DNA of 56,421 bases from the IMG/VR virus record IMGVR_UViG_3300027887_000001, positions 1 to 56,421 of that record; one strand, 5' to 3'. Both the position numbers and the translations under genes were made by a program. The notes below the pieces were generated by a model. It made no database searches. It saw only the letters and a program-made list of their open reading frames with translations, and had not been told where the DNA came from. Source of the stretch: a virus. This document shows, in pieces, positions 44,342 to 53,930 of this stretch. Position 1 is the first letter of the stretch. Each line of letters starts with the position of its first letter.

Positions 44342-44841
44342 TGCGTAATCTCCTCTTCCGGATACATCTTGTACATTGTCGATTTGTCCCAATGTCTCAT
44401 CATCATCTTCATACCTACATCAGCGTATGCGCTTCCGTATCTATCGATTACTATCTGATAGAAGGCATGAGTACCGCCACGTGCATGTTCAAATAATCCA
44501 TATATAGAAGGTAGGCGTAATACGTGACTACGTGGATATGAAAACATAACACGTGGATCGATAAATACACGTCCACGATAATGATGTACATCGTAATCCC
44601 ATATATGAGATTCAGCTAGATGTCCAGATCTTCCTCGATGTGTAACTTCCTTAGCTCGTTCAACGAAGTCTTGAAGCATACCTGGAATAGCCTCTTCGAA
44701 CGTGGCTTCCATCTTACTCGAGTTGCTGAACTCATCGAGAATGTCCAAGAGGCGTTTTCGACCCGTAATGAACATACGAAGTTCAATTCCACCTCGGGGT
44801 AAACCAGAAGGTGCAAAGTTGGGAAGCGTTACGCTAGGCAA
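44338..44841 (-). CDS. HK97 gp10-like head-tail joining protein (TTG start)
   Basis: Position and length fit. KRLLDILDEF...FVERAKEVTHRGRSGHLAESH is reminiscent of the gp10 family. Confidence 0.4.
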   Translation of the reverse strand: MPSVTLPNFAPSGLPRGGIELRMFITGRKRLLDILDEFSNSSKMEATFEEAIPGMLQDFVERAKEVTHRGRSGHLAESHIWDYDVHHYRGRVFIDPRVMFSYPRSHVLRLPSIYGLFEHARGGTHAFYQIVIDRYGSAYADVGMKMMMRHWDKSTMYKMYPEEEITQ

Positions 44842-45178
44842 CGTTCACCGCCTTCTCAACAACAATCTCTAAGTAAGTATCTCCATCAGGAGATTTCCAG
44901 GGAGATACACCCTTGATATCATATTGTTTACCTCCGACGGACAACTTATCGCCATTACGCACGTTCTTGTCGGTTTCCGAATAGCACACGCACAGCACCA
45001 TTGGTGAAGTCGTTGCCATGCGTTGAATTAGCTCTGCTGATAAAGGATATAGCGGAGTGCATGGTAACGTTGTGATGACTGTAACGGGTCCGCTAAAGAC
45101 GCCATATGCATCCTTGACGTTTTCACGAAGGACTTGAGCTGTCTCGGTCATCAGTTGCTGCATTGCTAAACTAGTCAT
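44834..45178 (-). CDS. Head closure / head-tail joining protein candidate
   Basis: 114-aa ORF between the adaptor-like and gp10-like genes. ATGA coupling. Confidence 0.4.
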   Translation of the reverse strand: MTSLAMQQLMTETAQVLRENVKDAYGVFSGPVTVITTLPCTPLYPLSAELIQRMATTSPMVLCVCYSETDKNVRNGDKLSVGGKQYDIKGVSPWKSPDGDTYLEIVVEKAVNVA

Positions 45179-45549
45179 GCACTTGTATCCTCTGCATCGG
45201 CTTGGTAACCATCCATACGTTTCATTACAATGGCAAATGACTTGGAGTCAATACCTAATCGCATACGAGTATCGTCAGCTTGCTTTGCGAACTGTTTCGA
45301 TACTGATGTGTAATCTTGTCTCACTGGTCCTACTGTGATACTAGCAATCTTAGCCCACTCGTTAGATAGGGTTTCCAGTAACATGGCAATCGCGAAGTCG
45401 ACATTACTATCGCATAATGTCAACACGCGAGTGATTTCCTCATCGGAGAAGTTTGCACCTCTAGGACGTACACCCGCTGCATATATAGTATCGCCTATGC
45501 GTAAGCGAATGTCGGATAGATCAGTGCCTATTGTATATGAGAATGTCAT
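45175..45549 (-). CDS. Head-tail adaptor (gp6-like connector) candidate
   Basis: DLSDIRLRIGDT...FSDEEITRVL pattern. Lies downstream of the capsid gene. Confidence 0.45.
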   Translation of the reverse strand: MTFSYTIGTDLSDIRLRIGDTIYAAGVRPRGANFSDEEITRVLTLCDSNVDFAIAMLLETLSNEWAKIASITVGPVRQDYTSVSKQFAKQADDTRMRLGIDSKSFAIVMKRMDGYQADAEDTSA

Positions 45550-45713
45550 TTACGACTCCGTTTCCGTTTCGGCTTCCATCCATGATCGTACGCATCTGCA
45601 ACACGCTTCCAGTGTTTATAAGAACGCATACTCTTGAAGCGTCGCACCTTACCTGTGGTTAGAGTTTTCACTCTAACCTTACCACCTTTCAATTTCGTTA
45701 CTCTACGAGGCAT
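45546..45713 (-). CDS. Very basic small protein (55 aa), absent from the ORF track
   Basis: attggaggtatcatATG. Translation MPRRVTKLKGGKVRVKTLTTGKVRRFKSMRSYKHWKRVADAYDHGWKPKRKRSRK has 22 K/R in 55 residues. ATGA overlap with the next gene. Confidence 0.5.
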   Translation of the reverse strand: MPRRVTKLKGGKVRVKTLTTGKVRRFKSMRSYKHWKRVADAYDHGWKPKRKRSRK

Positions 45714-45773
45714 ATGATACCTCCAATAATTGCGGGCCTACAGCTTAGCCAGCCTGTAGGTCGAATGTGCGTA

Positions 45774-46094
45774 TTACTCTTCTTCAGGCGTAGCGGCGGT
45801 CTTGCGTTTGCGCTTACTCGGAACAGGTGCTTCTTCAGGAGTCCATTCGGGCTCGATCGAAGCCGGAATTGCTTCTGCTTCTGGTTCGCCTGAAGCTGGG
45901 ATAGCTTCTGCTTCAGCTACGAACGGAGTGGGAAGTTCAAGAACAGGATCGTCGGAACCAAGCAACGGAGCGGGAATGCCAGCTTCGGCGTGTGCTTCGC
46001 ATTGATCAGGTCGCATTTCTTTGACACGTTGCCCATTGGCATTCGTGGGACCTGCAGCTGTGATGTAATAACCTAACGGTATTGTCTTTGTCAT
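45774..46094 (-). CDS. Hypothetical protein with internal EAEAIPAS(G/I)EPE duplication
   Basis: 106-aa ORF after the capsid gene. caaggagcataaatATG RBS. Confidence 0.5.
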   Translation of the reverse strand: MTKTIPLGYYITAAGPTNANGQRVKEMRPDQCEAHAEAGIPAPLLGSDDPVLELPTPFVAEAEAIPASGEPEAEAIPASIEPEWTPEEAPVPSKRKRKTAATPEEE

Positions 46095-46107
46095 ATTTAT
46101 GCTCCTT

Positions 46108-46140
46108 GGGGGAGACGCTAGTGTAATACGCGTCTCCCCC
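46108..46140 (-). other. GC-rich hairpin directly downstream of the major capsid gene
   Basis: 11-bp perfect stem gggggagacgc / gcgtctccccc. No U-tract, so possibly an RNA-stability or partial termination element. Confidence 0.5.
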
Positions 46141-46186
46141 TAGATCTGAGCAACTACGCGTCGGGAGGAATCGACAACGTTAGTTG

Positions 46187-47248
46187 TTAGGTGATAGACG
46201 GATCAGCCCAGGTAACATTTCCATGGTACAACGCAGCGCCATTCTGGCGGTTCCAGACACCGATGCCAAACTCGGCTTCCATGTCTTTGGCGTACAACGG
46301 ATAGTCAATGTTGTCCGCAGCGATATGTAGGCCAGTTAGGCCAGTGGCACGCTGACGATAGACCAGCGGCTTGGGACCCATATCATCCCATGCAAACTCG
46401 TAGTTCAGTGGGCACCAGGGCTTCACCCAAACTTCCGAAGCACCGAACAATCCGATTGCTCGGTTGTCCATGCGTGAGATGTCCAGGCGCTTATTGGGAA
46501 CACCAGTGGTTGCACCACCAGGAACAATCAAGCGGGGATCGATGTAGGCAACGAAGCCTGTCAGAAGCCTGAATGCAGCTTCATTTCCAGAATTGATGGC
46601 AACCTTCACTGCACCACCATAACCGTGTTCGACGACATCATCGATGTTCGCCTGAACGGCAACGGCAGTCAATGATGCAGCGGTGTTGTAGTGATTGTGC
46701 GAAGAACCATCGAACACTTCACCATTCGGACCATCAGGAATGGGAGCGCTATCTGCGTTAGCAAGGCGCTTCACTGCGAGATCGACATTGTCGACCAAGT
46801 GGTCTTTGTAGGTGTAGTTCGTGGCGTAGAAGAATGCGCGTTTCAGTTCGCGCTGAACCATTCGGCGATGAGCCTTCTCGGCTCCGAGGACCATGGTGGC
46901 CATGTCCGAAGGCGTCTTGTTCTGCATCCACTTCGCAGTCCAACCAACGTTGTACTGGAAGAGTTTCAGAGGGAAGGCGACCGTCGAACCGGGCTTGTCC
47001 TTCTGAGTAGGTGCACGACCGTACTCATCAACTTCGATCATATCCCCGGTCATACTTGAACCAGAGATACGCTGGCGATCAGCGGTTGGGTCTGCGAGAG
47101 CCGAAACCAGATCGAGCATGATCTGATTGTGAGCAGCAAGGTCGGCTTGCAGAATGGGAACGATAGTATCCATGCCGTACGCGGCAACGGATTGGAAACG
47201 GGCAGCTAACAGGGTGGAGATATCAAACGTACCGGTTACTTGTGCCAT
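46187..47248 (-). CDS. Major capsid protein
   Basis: Start moved to ATG 47248 after taaggaga. 353 aa. Order is portal, scaffold, decoration, capsid. Followed by a strong hairpin. Confidence 0.7.
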   Translation of the reverse strand: MAQVTGTFDISTLLAARFQSVAAYGMDTIVPILQADLAAHNQIMLDLVSALADPTADRQRISGSSMTGDMIEVDEYGRAPTQKDKPGSTVAFPLKLFQYNVGWTAKWMQNKTPSDMATMVLGAEKAHRRMVQRELKRAFFYATNYTYKDHLVDNVDLAVKRLANADSAPIPDGPNGEVFDGSSHNHYNTAASLTAVAVQANIDDVVEHGYGGAVKVAINSGNEAAFRLLTGFVAYIDPRLIVPGGATTGVPNKRLDISRMDNRAIGLFGASEVWVKPWCPLNYEFAWDDMGPKPLVYRQRATGLTGLHIAADNIDYPLYAKDMEAEFGIGVWNRQNGAALYHGNVTWADPSIT

Positions 47249-47259
47249 GTCATATCTCC

Positions 47260-48129
47260 TTATGCAACCCTGAAGCCAAGGACGTAGACGTCGCAATCAG
47301 GCTGTGTTGCACCACCTGAGCCTGTGGCACGAAGGACTGTGCCTGCAGCGATCGTATCGTACGCGATTGCAAGTGAATCGGCATGATTCACAACGCCAGC
47401 TACCGCAGCAACAATCGCATTGGTAATAGCGTTGGTGACGTTCTTGACTGTCACTACAGCCGAGGTAACACTCGTTCGGGGGTGAACCCAAACAGCAACG
47501 ATACGAGTCTTGTGGGTCAGCGTGATATCGGTATCACCATTGGCACCTGCAACCATCAGAATGTGGTGGATGACAGGAATACCGCCAATGACGTTACCAG
47601 AGGCGACAAATCGAGCGACTAAGCCAGACAGACCAGCGCTCGCTGCACCAACTTCGATCTTGCCCTGGGTAACACCCAAGTTGGCAAGTTCGGTTGTTCC
47701 GATCGAGCCAGCACCGACAGTTGCAGAAGTCAGCACTGGGCACGTGCGGATGATGATGATATCGCGATCGGTAACCGCTTGCGCATAACCGAAAGCATCA
47801 CCAGTGGTTGCACCAGTGTCAAGACGACCAGCAGTTGCACCCAGATAGTAGATATCACCAGGAGTCAAACTCGTTCCATAGCGGAAACGGGAGTTTGGCC
47901 CAAACAGGGTAACGGGTTGACCAAGAGCAGTTGCGCGTGGAGTAAAGCCCACAACTTCGGCTGCTTCGTTGGCCGACGTACCGTTACTCATATACACCAA
48001 GCCGTCAGAGCTCTTGATATAACAAGGAGCTGCAACGTCAAGGGCTTCGCCAGCAAACAAACCTGACAAGATTTGTTCTGCTTGATTGGAATCAAGGTTG
48101 GCATCAGCGCTTCGAGTAACAAGAGACAT
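47260..48129 (-). CDS. DUF2190-like head decoration/cement protein with C-terminal extension
   Basis: AGEALDVAAPCYIKSSDGLVYMS...AEVVGFTPRATALGQPVTLFG...LTPGDIYYLG resembles the DUF2190 pattern. Lambda gpD-like position. Confidence 0.45.
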   Translation of the reverse strand: MSLVTRSADANLDSNQAEQILSGLFAGEALDVAAPCYIKSSDGLVYMSNGTSANEAAEVVGFTPRATALGQPVTLFGPNSRFRYGTSLTPGDIYYLGATAGRLDTGATTGDAFGYAQAVTDRDIIIIRTCPVLTSATVGAGSIGTTELANLGVTQGKIEVGAASAGLSGLVARFVASGNVIGGIPVIHHILMVAGANGDTDITLTHKTRIVAVWVHPRTSVTSAVVTVKNVTNAITNAIVAAVAGVVNHADSLAIAYDTIAAGTVLRATGSGGATQPDCDVYVLGFRVA

Positions 48130-48145
48130 TTAGAACCTCCTTCGA

Positions 48146-48850
48146 TTAGATTCCGGAACCGTACTCTCCGGATGAACGCTTCTTTTCCATGATAGCTTCT
48201 TGGGCCTGTGCAGGAGTCATCTTGGGAAGAGGACCTCCCGCTGCAGAGTTGGTATTTACGCTCTGTGCAGGCTTGAGGAGAAAGGGGTACTCCTTCAGCA
48301 TCTCGTTGGTTACGTCAGCAACATCTTGTGGATCTGCATCTTTACCGAGAGTCATAAGTTTCGCCTTAGCGAAATCGAAACCGGCGTTCTGAGCAGTAGC
48401 ATCCACAAATGGCTTCTTGACATGAGTTGCAAGCGTCTTCAAGTACAACGCTTTCACGTCACCTTCTGCCAGCTTAGCATTTGCGGCTTCCAACTGTGTT
48501 TGGAGCTCGATGACCTTCTTCTTGTCATCACCACCTTTGTCGCCTAGTGAAGCAATCTGCTCGTTAGCCTTTTTCAAGGCAATACGACGTTCTGCAGACT
48601 CCCGATTCGCTAGACGAAGTAACCGCTGTGTCTCCTCTAACTTCTCCAAAGCGGTTGGCAGGTCCTTAGGTAGATCTTTGGCTTTGTCACTAGCACCTGT
48701 GCTAGTTCCGCTACCATCGCCACCTTCGGTTCCGGAATCATCTCCGGCGCCTCCTTCACCACCTGCAGCTGCAAGTGCAGCAGCCTCAGCAGCGATTTCC
48801 TCAGGCGTTTTTACTTCTTTGCCCGTCACCGGGTCAAGCTGTGGTGCCAT
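48146..48850 (-). CDS. Scaffolding protein
   Basis: Ala/Glu/Lys-rich coiled-coil ORF between the portal and capsid genes. Confidence 0.6.
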   Translation of the reverse strand: MAPQLDPVTGKEVKTPEEIAAEAAALAAAGGEGGAGDDSGTEGGDGSGTSTGASDKAKDLPKDLPTALEKLEETQRLLRLANRESAERRIALKKANEQIASLGDKGGDDKKKVIELQTQLEAANAKLAEGDVKALYLKTLATHVKKPFVDATAQNAGFDFAKAKLMTLGKDADPQDVADVTNEMLKEYPFLLKPAQSVNTNSAAGGPLPKMTPAQAQEAIMEKKRSSGEYGSGI

Positions 48851-50378
48851 TTGAAGTCTCCTTCCCAGAATTGTTACTGACAGTCTTGTCAGTATTGGTT
48901 GAGGCCTTAGCTTTCAAGGTTCCTGCTACTGCATTTGCCTTTGCTTCAGCCATTGCTTGTTCATCAGCCAACTTCTTCTCAGCGGCTGCTGTCCACTCAG
49001 TAATCTTGTCCTGACCATAACCTAGTTCGGTCCAAATCTGTTCGTCAGGCACACGAAGCTTCTGCTTACTTTCAAGCTCGCTCAGGAGTTCTTTTGTTCC
49101 CTTGGCATTTTTCCATACAAGTCTATAAATAGGCTCCGCCGTTGGAACATCTTCTATTTTAGCAGTACTCAGCTGAGCGAGCTTCCACGACATTATCAAG
49201 CACTTCTTCCATGCAGGTCCAAACAGTGCTTGCCTATTCTCTGTTTTAGCAATCAGGGGTTCTTCTTGCTCTTTCAGTGTCTCATCACTTGCAATCAGTT
49301 TGGTTGTGATGAATCTCGACACCGGAGTGTCTGTTACTAAAGCTAACCACATAATACCTTGCTGAACTAAGTTCATCAAAGGGTCGAGCGATGGCGGATC
49401 GATAGCTGCAAAATCGGCTTCCTGCTTTGATTTGGTTGTACCAACAACTACACCAGGTTCAATTTCCAAAGCATTCGTCATATCCGCTTTTAGATCTTGA
49501 CCATCGCTTGTAGGAATGAATCCTAAAGCCTTGTAAATACGAAATGCAGTTTGGTCACTTGTGGTAAGTAAGTCTACCGTCGACTTGTTGATAGCATCCT
49601 GAATCGGAATCCCATTCTCGGCCTCAAACTGCATATCCTTGTTGCGAAAATGGATAACGGGCACTCCGAGCGCATTGCCCTGTGCATCTATCCAAGGAAG
49701 GGGCCAGGCTGCATCACCTGGATCGCTATAGCGGGTCCATTCACCATAAGAACCTTCGCGTCTAAACTTTTCTATACGATTGGGATAATACACAGTACGA
49801 CGTTGGATGGGTACTGAAGTGCTCTCGGGATTGAGCTCTGACCATTGCTTTACTGCAAACATCGGATCTTCGTTTACGTCGTTGTTTGGATACTGAATCA
49901 AACATCCGTAACCTTCACCCCCTTCAACTTCCAAACTCGTCCAACGAGGTTGAGGAAGCCAGCGTGCATACTTACGTGTTTCGGGTTCGGGCCAATCCAC
50001 AATAACAAAATGTTCAGAGTCTCTAAGTGTTGCTTCGTACACTTCTGTCTGAACTGCATCCATGTTATTAGCTTCCCACGTATTCTTGGCAAAGCTAATT
50101 GCCTTAGGATCCTTCGAGTCGAAGCCCAGTAGGGATAATTTCTCAGTGACTGCAGTAATGATGATACGACAGACATTCAATCGGAACTCAAAGCTGCCGA
50201 ACTCTTCACCTAGAAACTGCTTTAGGCGTTCAGTCAGCTTTACATTCTGCTCACCTTCGTGATACTCACGACACCTAACGACTTCCTTCTCTAGCTCAAG
50301 GTTAGTCGTATACAGTGCTTCTAGGTAAGTCAGCGCTTCTGTATCTTGCTCTGCGATTGGCGATTCCATCAGTGGCAT
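48834..50378 (-). CDS. Portal protein
   Basis: 514 aa, immediately downstream of TerL. N-terminal LEALYTTNLELEKEVVRCREYHEGEQ resembles the SPP1 Gp6-like portal start. Confidence 0.75.
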   Translation of the reverse strand: MPLMESPIAEQDTEALTYLEALYTTNLELEKEVVRCREYHEGEQNVKLTERLKQFLGEEFGSFEFRLNVCRIIITAVTEKLSLLGFDSKDPKAISFAKNTWEANNMDAVQTEVYEATLRDSEHFVIVDWPEPETRKYARWLPQPRWTSLEVEGGEGYGCLIQYPNNDVNEDPMFAVKQWSELNPESTSVPIQRRTVYYPNRIEKFRREGSYGEWTRYSDPGDAAWPLPWIDAQGNALGVPVIHFRNKDMQFEAENGIPIQDAINKSTVDLLTTSDQTAFRIYKALGFIPTSDGQDLKADMTNALEIEPGVVVGTTKSKQEADFAAIDPPSLDPLMNLVQQGIMWLALVTDTPVSRFITTKLIASDETLKEQEEPLIAKTENRQALFGPAWKKCLIMSWKLAQLSTAKIEDVPTAEPIYRLVWKNAKGTKELLSELESKQKLRVPDEQIWTELGYGQDKITEWTAAAEKKLADEQAMAEAKANAVAGTLKAKASTNTDKTVSNNSGKETSNGTTA

Positions 50379-51816
50379 GTGATTTTTTCCCTATGTAGCT
50401 ATAGACCGTATTGATTATTGGGCGTGCTGTTGCACCTGCAACACCAAGCGCGAATGCAATTGCATAGTCATCATGCGTACCTTCAGGCGACCTAAGTGTA
50501 TCACCTTCAATGCTGGCTAACTGCACTAGCGTTTTCTCGCAATGAATGAGTGGGCGTCCTTTTTGAAGTTCATCCGAAAGGTTAGCCCATAGTATTGCCT
50601 TACCTTTCGCACTCGATACCCATCCATACGCACCATCAGGGCCTTTCAGTAGTCTGTCTTGCTCGTGTTCAACTTCTCGAATGTCCAAGATGAAGGCATG
50701 TCCGTGATTATTACGTTCTGGTAAGATGCCTGCATCGTTATAATACTTACTCAACTGCACCGCATAGATTGCTAAGACTGCGGGTTCGATCTTTCCGGCA
50801 AGCACTGCACATTCCTCGAGGGTCATTATGTCCACTACCGATAAAACCGAATCATCACTATTAGGATTGCCTTCAGCGGGATCAGCTGCTATTATATAGT
50901 TGTGAACCTTGTTGGGTGGCTCAAACTGTAATAGGAAAGGCAGTGACAACTCGTCAGGACGTATACCCGTTCTCGAATCATAGCACCGCATCAACCAATC
51001 GTACGGCAATCTGCGATCGAGAGTAGGAGGTCGCAGTGCTTCTTCATCAGTATTCGGATATTGCTGATACAGATCATCTAAACCACCAGTACGTGCCAAT
51101 ACATCGGCTTTTTGGTCTTCGTACCATGCTTGATCACGTTCTGGTCTTACATACCAGGGTAAGAAGATTGAATTCCAACCATTCTTACCTTCGCGTGCAC
51201 CTCGATAGATATTCTTGAAGGGGCTAACTGGCATACTCTTGTCAGCACGACTCAACAACGTCATTGAGCCGCCACCATCAATTGTAGGCTTTACTGCGTT
51301 CATCAACCTATCGAGATCAGGTATCAGGTCCGCTTCGTCAACAAATGCAAATGATGCTGTATACGAATCACCTGCAGTAGTTGGAAAGCCATACACTATC
51401 GAGCCATTACTAAGTTGCCAAATGTGGGAAGAATCTACGGGTACTGAACGTGATTGCAGCCATCTCGGCAAGTGTCTGTAGATTCCTCGCAGACGTTCAA
51501 GAAGATAGATTGCCTCAGGCTCACGCCTACTAAATACAAGTCCCGTGAAGATAGGATGGAAGAGCATCTTCCATAGAATAAAACACAAAACTAACCAAGT
51601 CTGACCTAACTGCCGTGCCTTCAGGATGACATTCAGTCGCTTGTTGACTAAGTCGTCCAATACTAACACCTGCTGTGGCCACAAATGGAAGGGAATCCAT
51701 TCTGCGCTCGTAGCATCGTAGATCTGACAATACGTATGAACGAAGTACGCACAGTCCAGTTTGCATTTCAACCACTCGGTTCGGACTGCTGCCCCTGTAA
51801 GGACTTCTTCTTCCAT
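50302..51816 (-). CDS. terL: Terminase large subunit
   Basis: Walker A-like ILKARQLGQTW, Walker B FAFVDEADLI, nuclease-domain IIAADPAEG. 504 aa. Confidence 0.85.
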   Translation of the reverse strand: MEEEVLTGAAVRTEWLKCKLDCAYFVHTYCQIYDATSAEWIPFHLWPQQVLVLDDLVNKRLNVILKARQLGQTWLVLCFILWKMLFHPIFTGLVFSRREPEAIYLLERLRGIYRHLPRWLQSRSVPVDSSHIWQLSNGSIVYGFPTTAGDSYTASFAFVDEADLIPDLDRLMNAVKPTIDGGGSMTLLSRADKSMPVSPFKNIYRGAREGKNGWNSIFLPWYVRPERDQAWYEDQKADVLARTGGLDDLYQQYPNTDEEALRPPTLDRRLPYDWLMRCYDSRTGIRPDELSLPFLLQFEPPNKVHNYIIAADPAEGNPNSDDSVLSVVDIMTLEECAVLAGKIEPAVLAIYAVQLSKYYNDAGILPERNNHGHAFILDIREVEHEQDRLLKGPDGAYGWVSSAKGKAILWANLSDELQKGRPLIHCEKTLVQLASIEGDTLRSPEGTHDDYAIAFALGVAGATARPIINTVYSYIGKKSHATDGIANRRARYRSADLPRSTVYD

Positions 51817-52403
51817 TCCTTGAGCTCCTCCGATGCTCGATTCAGTTCGTCTGATGTATACGGTATAGCGACCACACCAACCTTCTGAATCGCACCCATA
51901 CCACCACGATCAAGGATTTCCTTTGCAGCCATTACACTAAGTCTAGGATTGTCTAAGCTCTTGACAAGAGCCTCAGCTGCTTTATCCATTGAACCCAAAA
52001 TGGTTCTCTTAGCTTTGTTCACTACGTCCTGATCAATGCTGGCTTCGAAGTTGTCCCAAGCTTCTGCACGCTTATGCCACTGGTATTCGGCAGACTTGTG
52101 TCGCCACATGCCTTCAACCTTGGAAGTCACATTACGAAGCATCTTCGCTTGTTTTACTGGATCACCTTCCGTCAGTATATAGAGCCTATAGGCTTTGTAC
52201 AACGATCTACCAATGCCCAATTGCAAATAGTATCGAACGAATCGTTCGTACCAGATAACAGACTCTTTATCTAGACGATGCCATGGCTGACGTACTGATT
52301 CAGGACGCTCGCCACGATCATCCATTACTTCACCTTCAACCACTATCTCGATCGAAGATGGTTCCACAATAGGCTCAACAGGTTCAGTGATATTACTTTC
52401 CAT
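51768..52403 (-). CDS. terS: Terminase small subunit candidate
   Basis: First gene of the late operon, upstream of terL. ESVIWYERFVRYYLQLGIGRSLYKAY resembles TerS N-terminal DNA-binding motifs. Confidence 0.55.
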   Translation of the reverse strand: MESNITEPVEPIVEPSSIEIVVEGEVMDDRGERPESVRQPWHRLDKESVIWYERFVRYYLQLGIGRSLYKAYRLYILTEGDPVKQAKMLRNVTSKVEGMWRHKSAEYQWHKRAEAWDNFEASIDQDVVNKAKRTILGSMDKAAEALVKSLDNPRLSVMAAKEILDRGGMGAIQKVGVVAIPYTSDELNRASEELKEWKKKSLQGQQSEPSG

Positions 52404-52513
52404 GCACTAATTATAAGATATGGGTGTCTAAAAAAGCAATGACGAGTTTCCCATAGATGATCCCTACCAGAGGAAGCGTAAACGGGATACGAATAGGGTT
52501 TCTAATTGACCCC

Positions 52514-52542
52514 TTGTTGCTTTGATAAAAGGTTGTTATAAT
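52514..52542 (+). promoter_or_regulatory. Sigma70-type promoter (TTGTTG-17 nt-TATAAT) in the divergent region
   Basis: -35 at 52514-52519 within ttgaccccttgttg, and -10 at 52537-52542. Same CCCTTG -35 context as 7870, 17056 and 55594. Confidence 0.6.
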
Positions 52543-52589
52543 TTATATATAATAACGTCCGTCCCTACACGTAACAAGGAGGAAACTAT

Positions 52590-53042
52590 ATGGATCCGGC
52601 TAAGCTAACAGAAGCATTGCAAATGTTCGACAGTGGGATGACTGTGGCAGCAATTGCAGAAGAATTGGAAATATCCACTCAGACTATTCGATTAGGTCTG
52701 AAGGGAAGTGGTCGCAGTTTAGTAAAACCGTCAGCACATCAAGCAGATGAAGAAGCCATAGTCATTGCTTATCAAAACGACGAACCTATACCTGCGATAA
52801 TGCAACAATATGAACTTACCTATACAACATTGTATTCGATCCTTCGTAGACACAATGTTCCCACTAGGAAGTTCGTAGCTGCACCATCTCAAGCAGATCG
52901 TCTCAAGGTTGCAGTTGAAATGTATCAGCGCAACGTCGTACTCTGGAAGATCAAACAGGAAACAGGTATCGCACAACCAACTCTTCATAACGAGTTACAC
53001 CGACTAGGTATTCCCCTACGTCGTCAAAGAATGGAGGTATGA
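52590..53042 (+). CDS. DNA-binding protein with three tandem HTH units
   Basis: Three copies of a pattern like GMTVAAIAEELEISTQTIRLGL, PIPAIMQQYELTYTTLYSILRRHNVPTR and WKIKQETGIAQPTLHNELHRLGIPLR. Confidence 0.55.
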   Translation: MDPAKLTEALQMFDSGMTVAAIAEELEISTQTIRLGLKGSGRSLVKPSAHQADEEAIVIAYQNDEPIPAIMQQYELTYTTLYSILRRHNVPTRKFVAAPSQADRLKVAVEMYQRNVVLWKIKQETGIAQPTLHNELHRLGIPLRRQRMEV

Positions 53043-53237
53043 ATGTTACAACTATTGGCAAACGCAGTAGCAGTGAACGACCAAAACAAACTCAAGAAGC
53101 TCATGCAGAAACGTCGATCGCTAGCACCGATATGTCCGCAATCGTGCCAAGGATGCGAAAGTGGCATTCCTGCTCAGCAAGGTTGCAACACGCTAGGTGA
53201 ACCTCCTATACCTAATCCAAATGTAGGCCTAAAATGA
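53043..53237 (+). CDS. Hypothetical protein (64 aa)
   Basis: ATG immediately after the upstream stop (ggaggtatgaATG). Confidence 0.45.
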   Translation: MLQLLANAVAVNDQNKLKKLMQKRRSLAPICPQSCQGCESGIPAQQGCNTLGEPPIPNPNVGLK

Positions 53238-53455
53238 CATTCACTGACGACGATGTCGATAAGGTAGAAAACGAAGCTCAGTTAGCAGCTGGCATCAATT
53301 CCCTAGCCAGGATAGTCACATGCTACTACAATGCCTTGACCGCTCAGGGTATGCAACCATCGCTTGCGGAGAAGCTAACCCAAGAGTTCAATAAGCAAAT
53401 GGCTCATGCAGCCGCCATGAGTGCATTTACCAAAGGAGCACCCAATGCAGAGTAG
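53234..53455 (+). CDS. Hypothetical protein (73 aa)
   Basis: ATGA overlap with the upstream gene. Confidence 0.45.
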   Translation: MTFTDDDVDKVENEAQLAAGINSLARIVTCYYNALTAQGMQPSLAEKLTQEFNKQMAHAAAMSAFTKGAPNAE

Positions 53456-53714
53456 CCTAATATATCACCAACGTAAGTACCTGGCATTGGGTTTGCCATT
53501 GGAAGACCTAGTGCCTTGGCCCTTCAGTGCAGTCTATGCAGTCAATGTGGCAGTGGCTAATGTTCGGGCTAAACCCATAGTTTCAAGTACAGCCATAGGC
53601 TCGCTCTCTCGCGATACACTTGTAGTGGTATCTGTATTTCAAGGTGATTGGGCTGAGATCAACGACGATCATTGGGTTGCAACTAAGTTGCTCCGCCCTG
53701 TGTCGCGCATATAG
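53445..53714 (+). CDS. SH3b-like domain protein (89 aa)
   Basis: Start at ATG 53445 after aaaggag. VANVRAKPIVSSTAIGSLSRDTLVVVSVFQGDWAEINDDHWVATKLL matches the bacterial SH3 pattern. Confidence 0.45.
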   Translation: MQSSLIYHQRKYLALGLPLEDLVPWPFSAVYAVNVAVANVRAKPIVSSTAIGSLSRDTLVVVSVFQGDWAEINDDHWVATKLLRPVSRI

Positions 53715-53886
53715 CACAGGCGCTGGGTGTCTGCGCAGAAGTTGTTGCCCTGCGTAGCGTGCTACGTGTTTGCGTGAGAGTATGAAGGCGCGGGTGTTTG
53801 TGGTGGCGACGTGGAAGGACACGCGAGGCGGCTTGGTCCGTTATCCAAGAGAGTAGGTATCAAGGCCTACCCACCAGTAATGTCTT

Positions 53887-53930
53887 AGAGGTCATCAGAT
53901 GCAATGTCGGTCTGATGGCCTCTTCTTTTG
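53887..53930 (+). terminator. Intrinsic terminator
   Basis: 13-bp stem agaggtcatcaga / tctgatggcctct (one G-U pair), followed by tcttttg. Confidence 0.7.
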
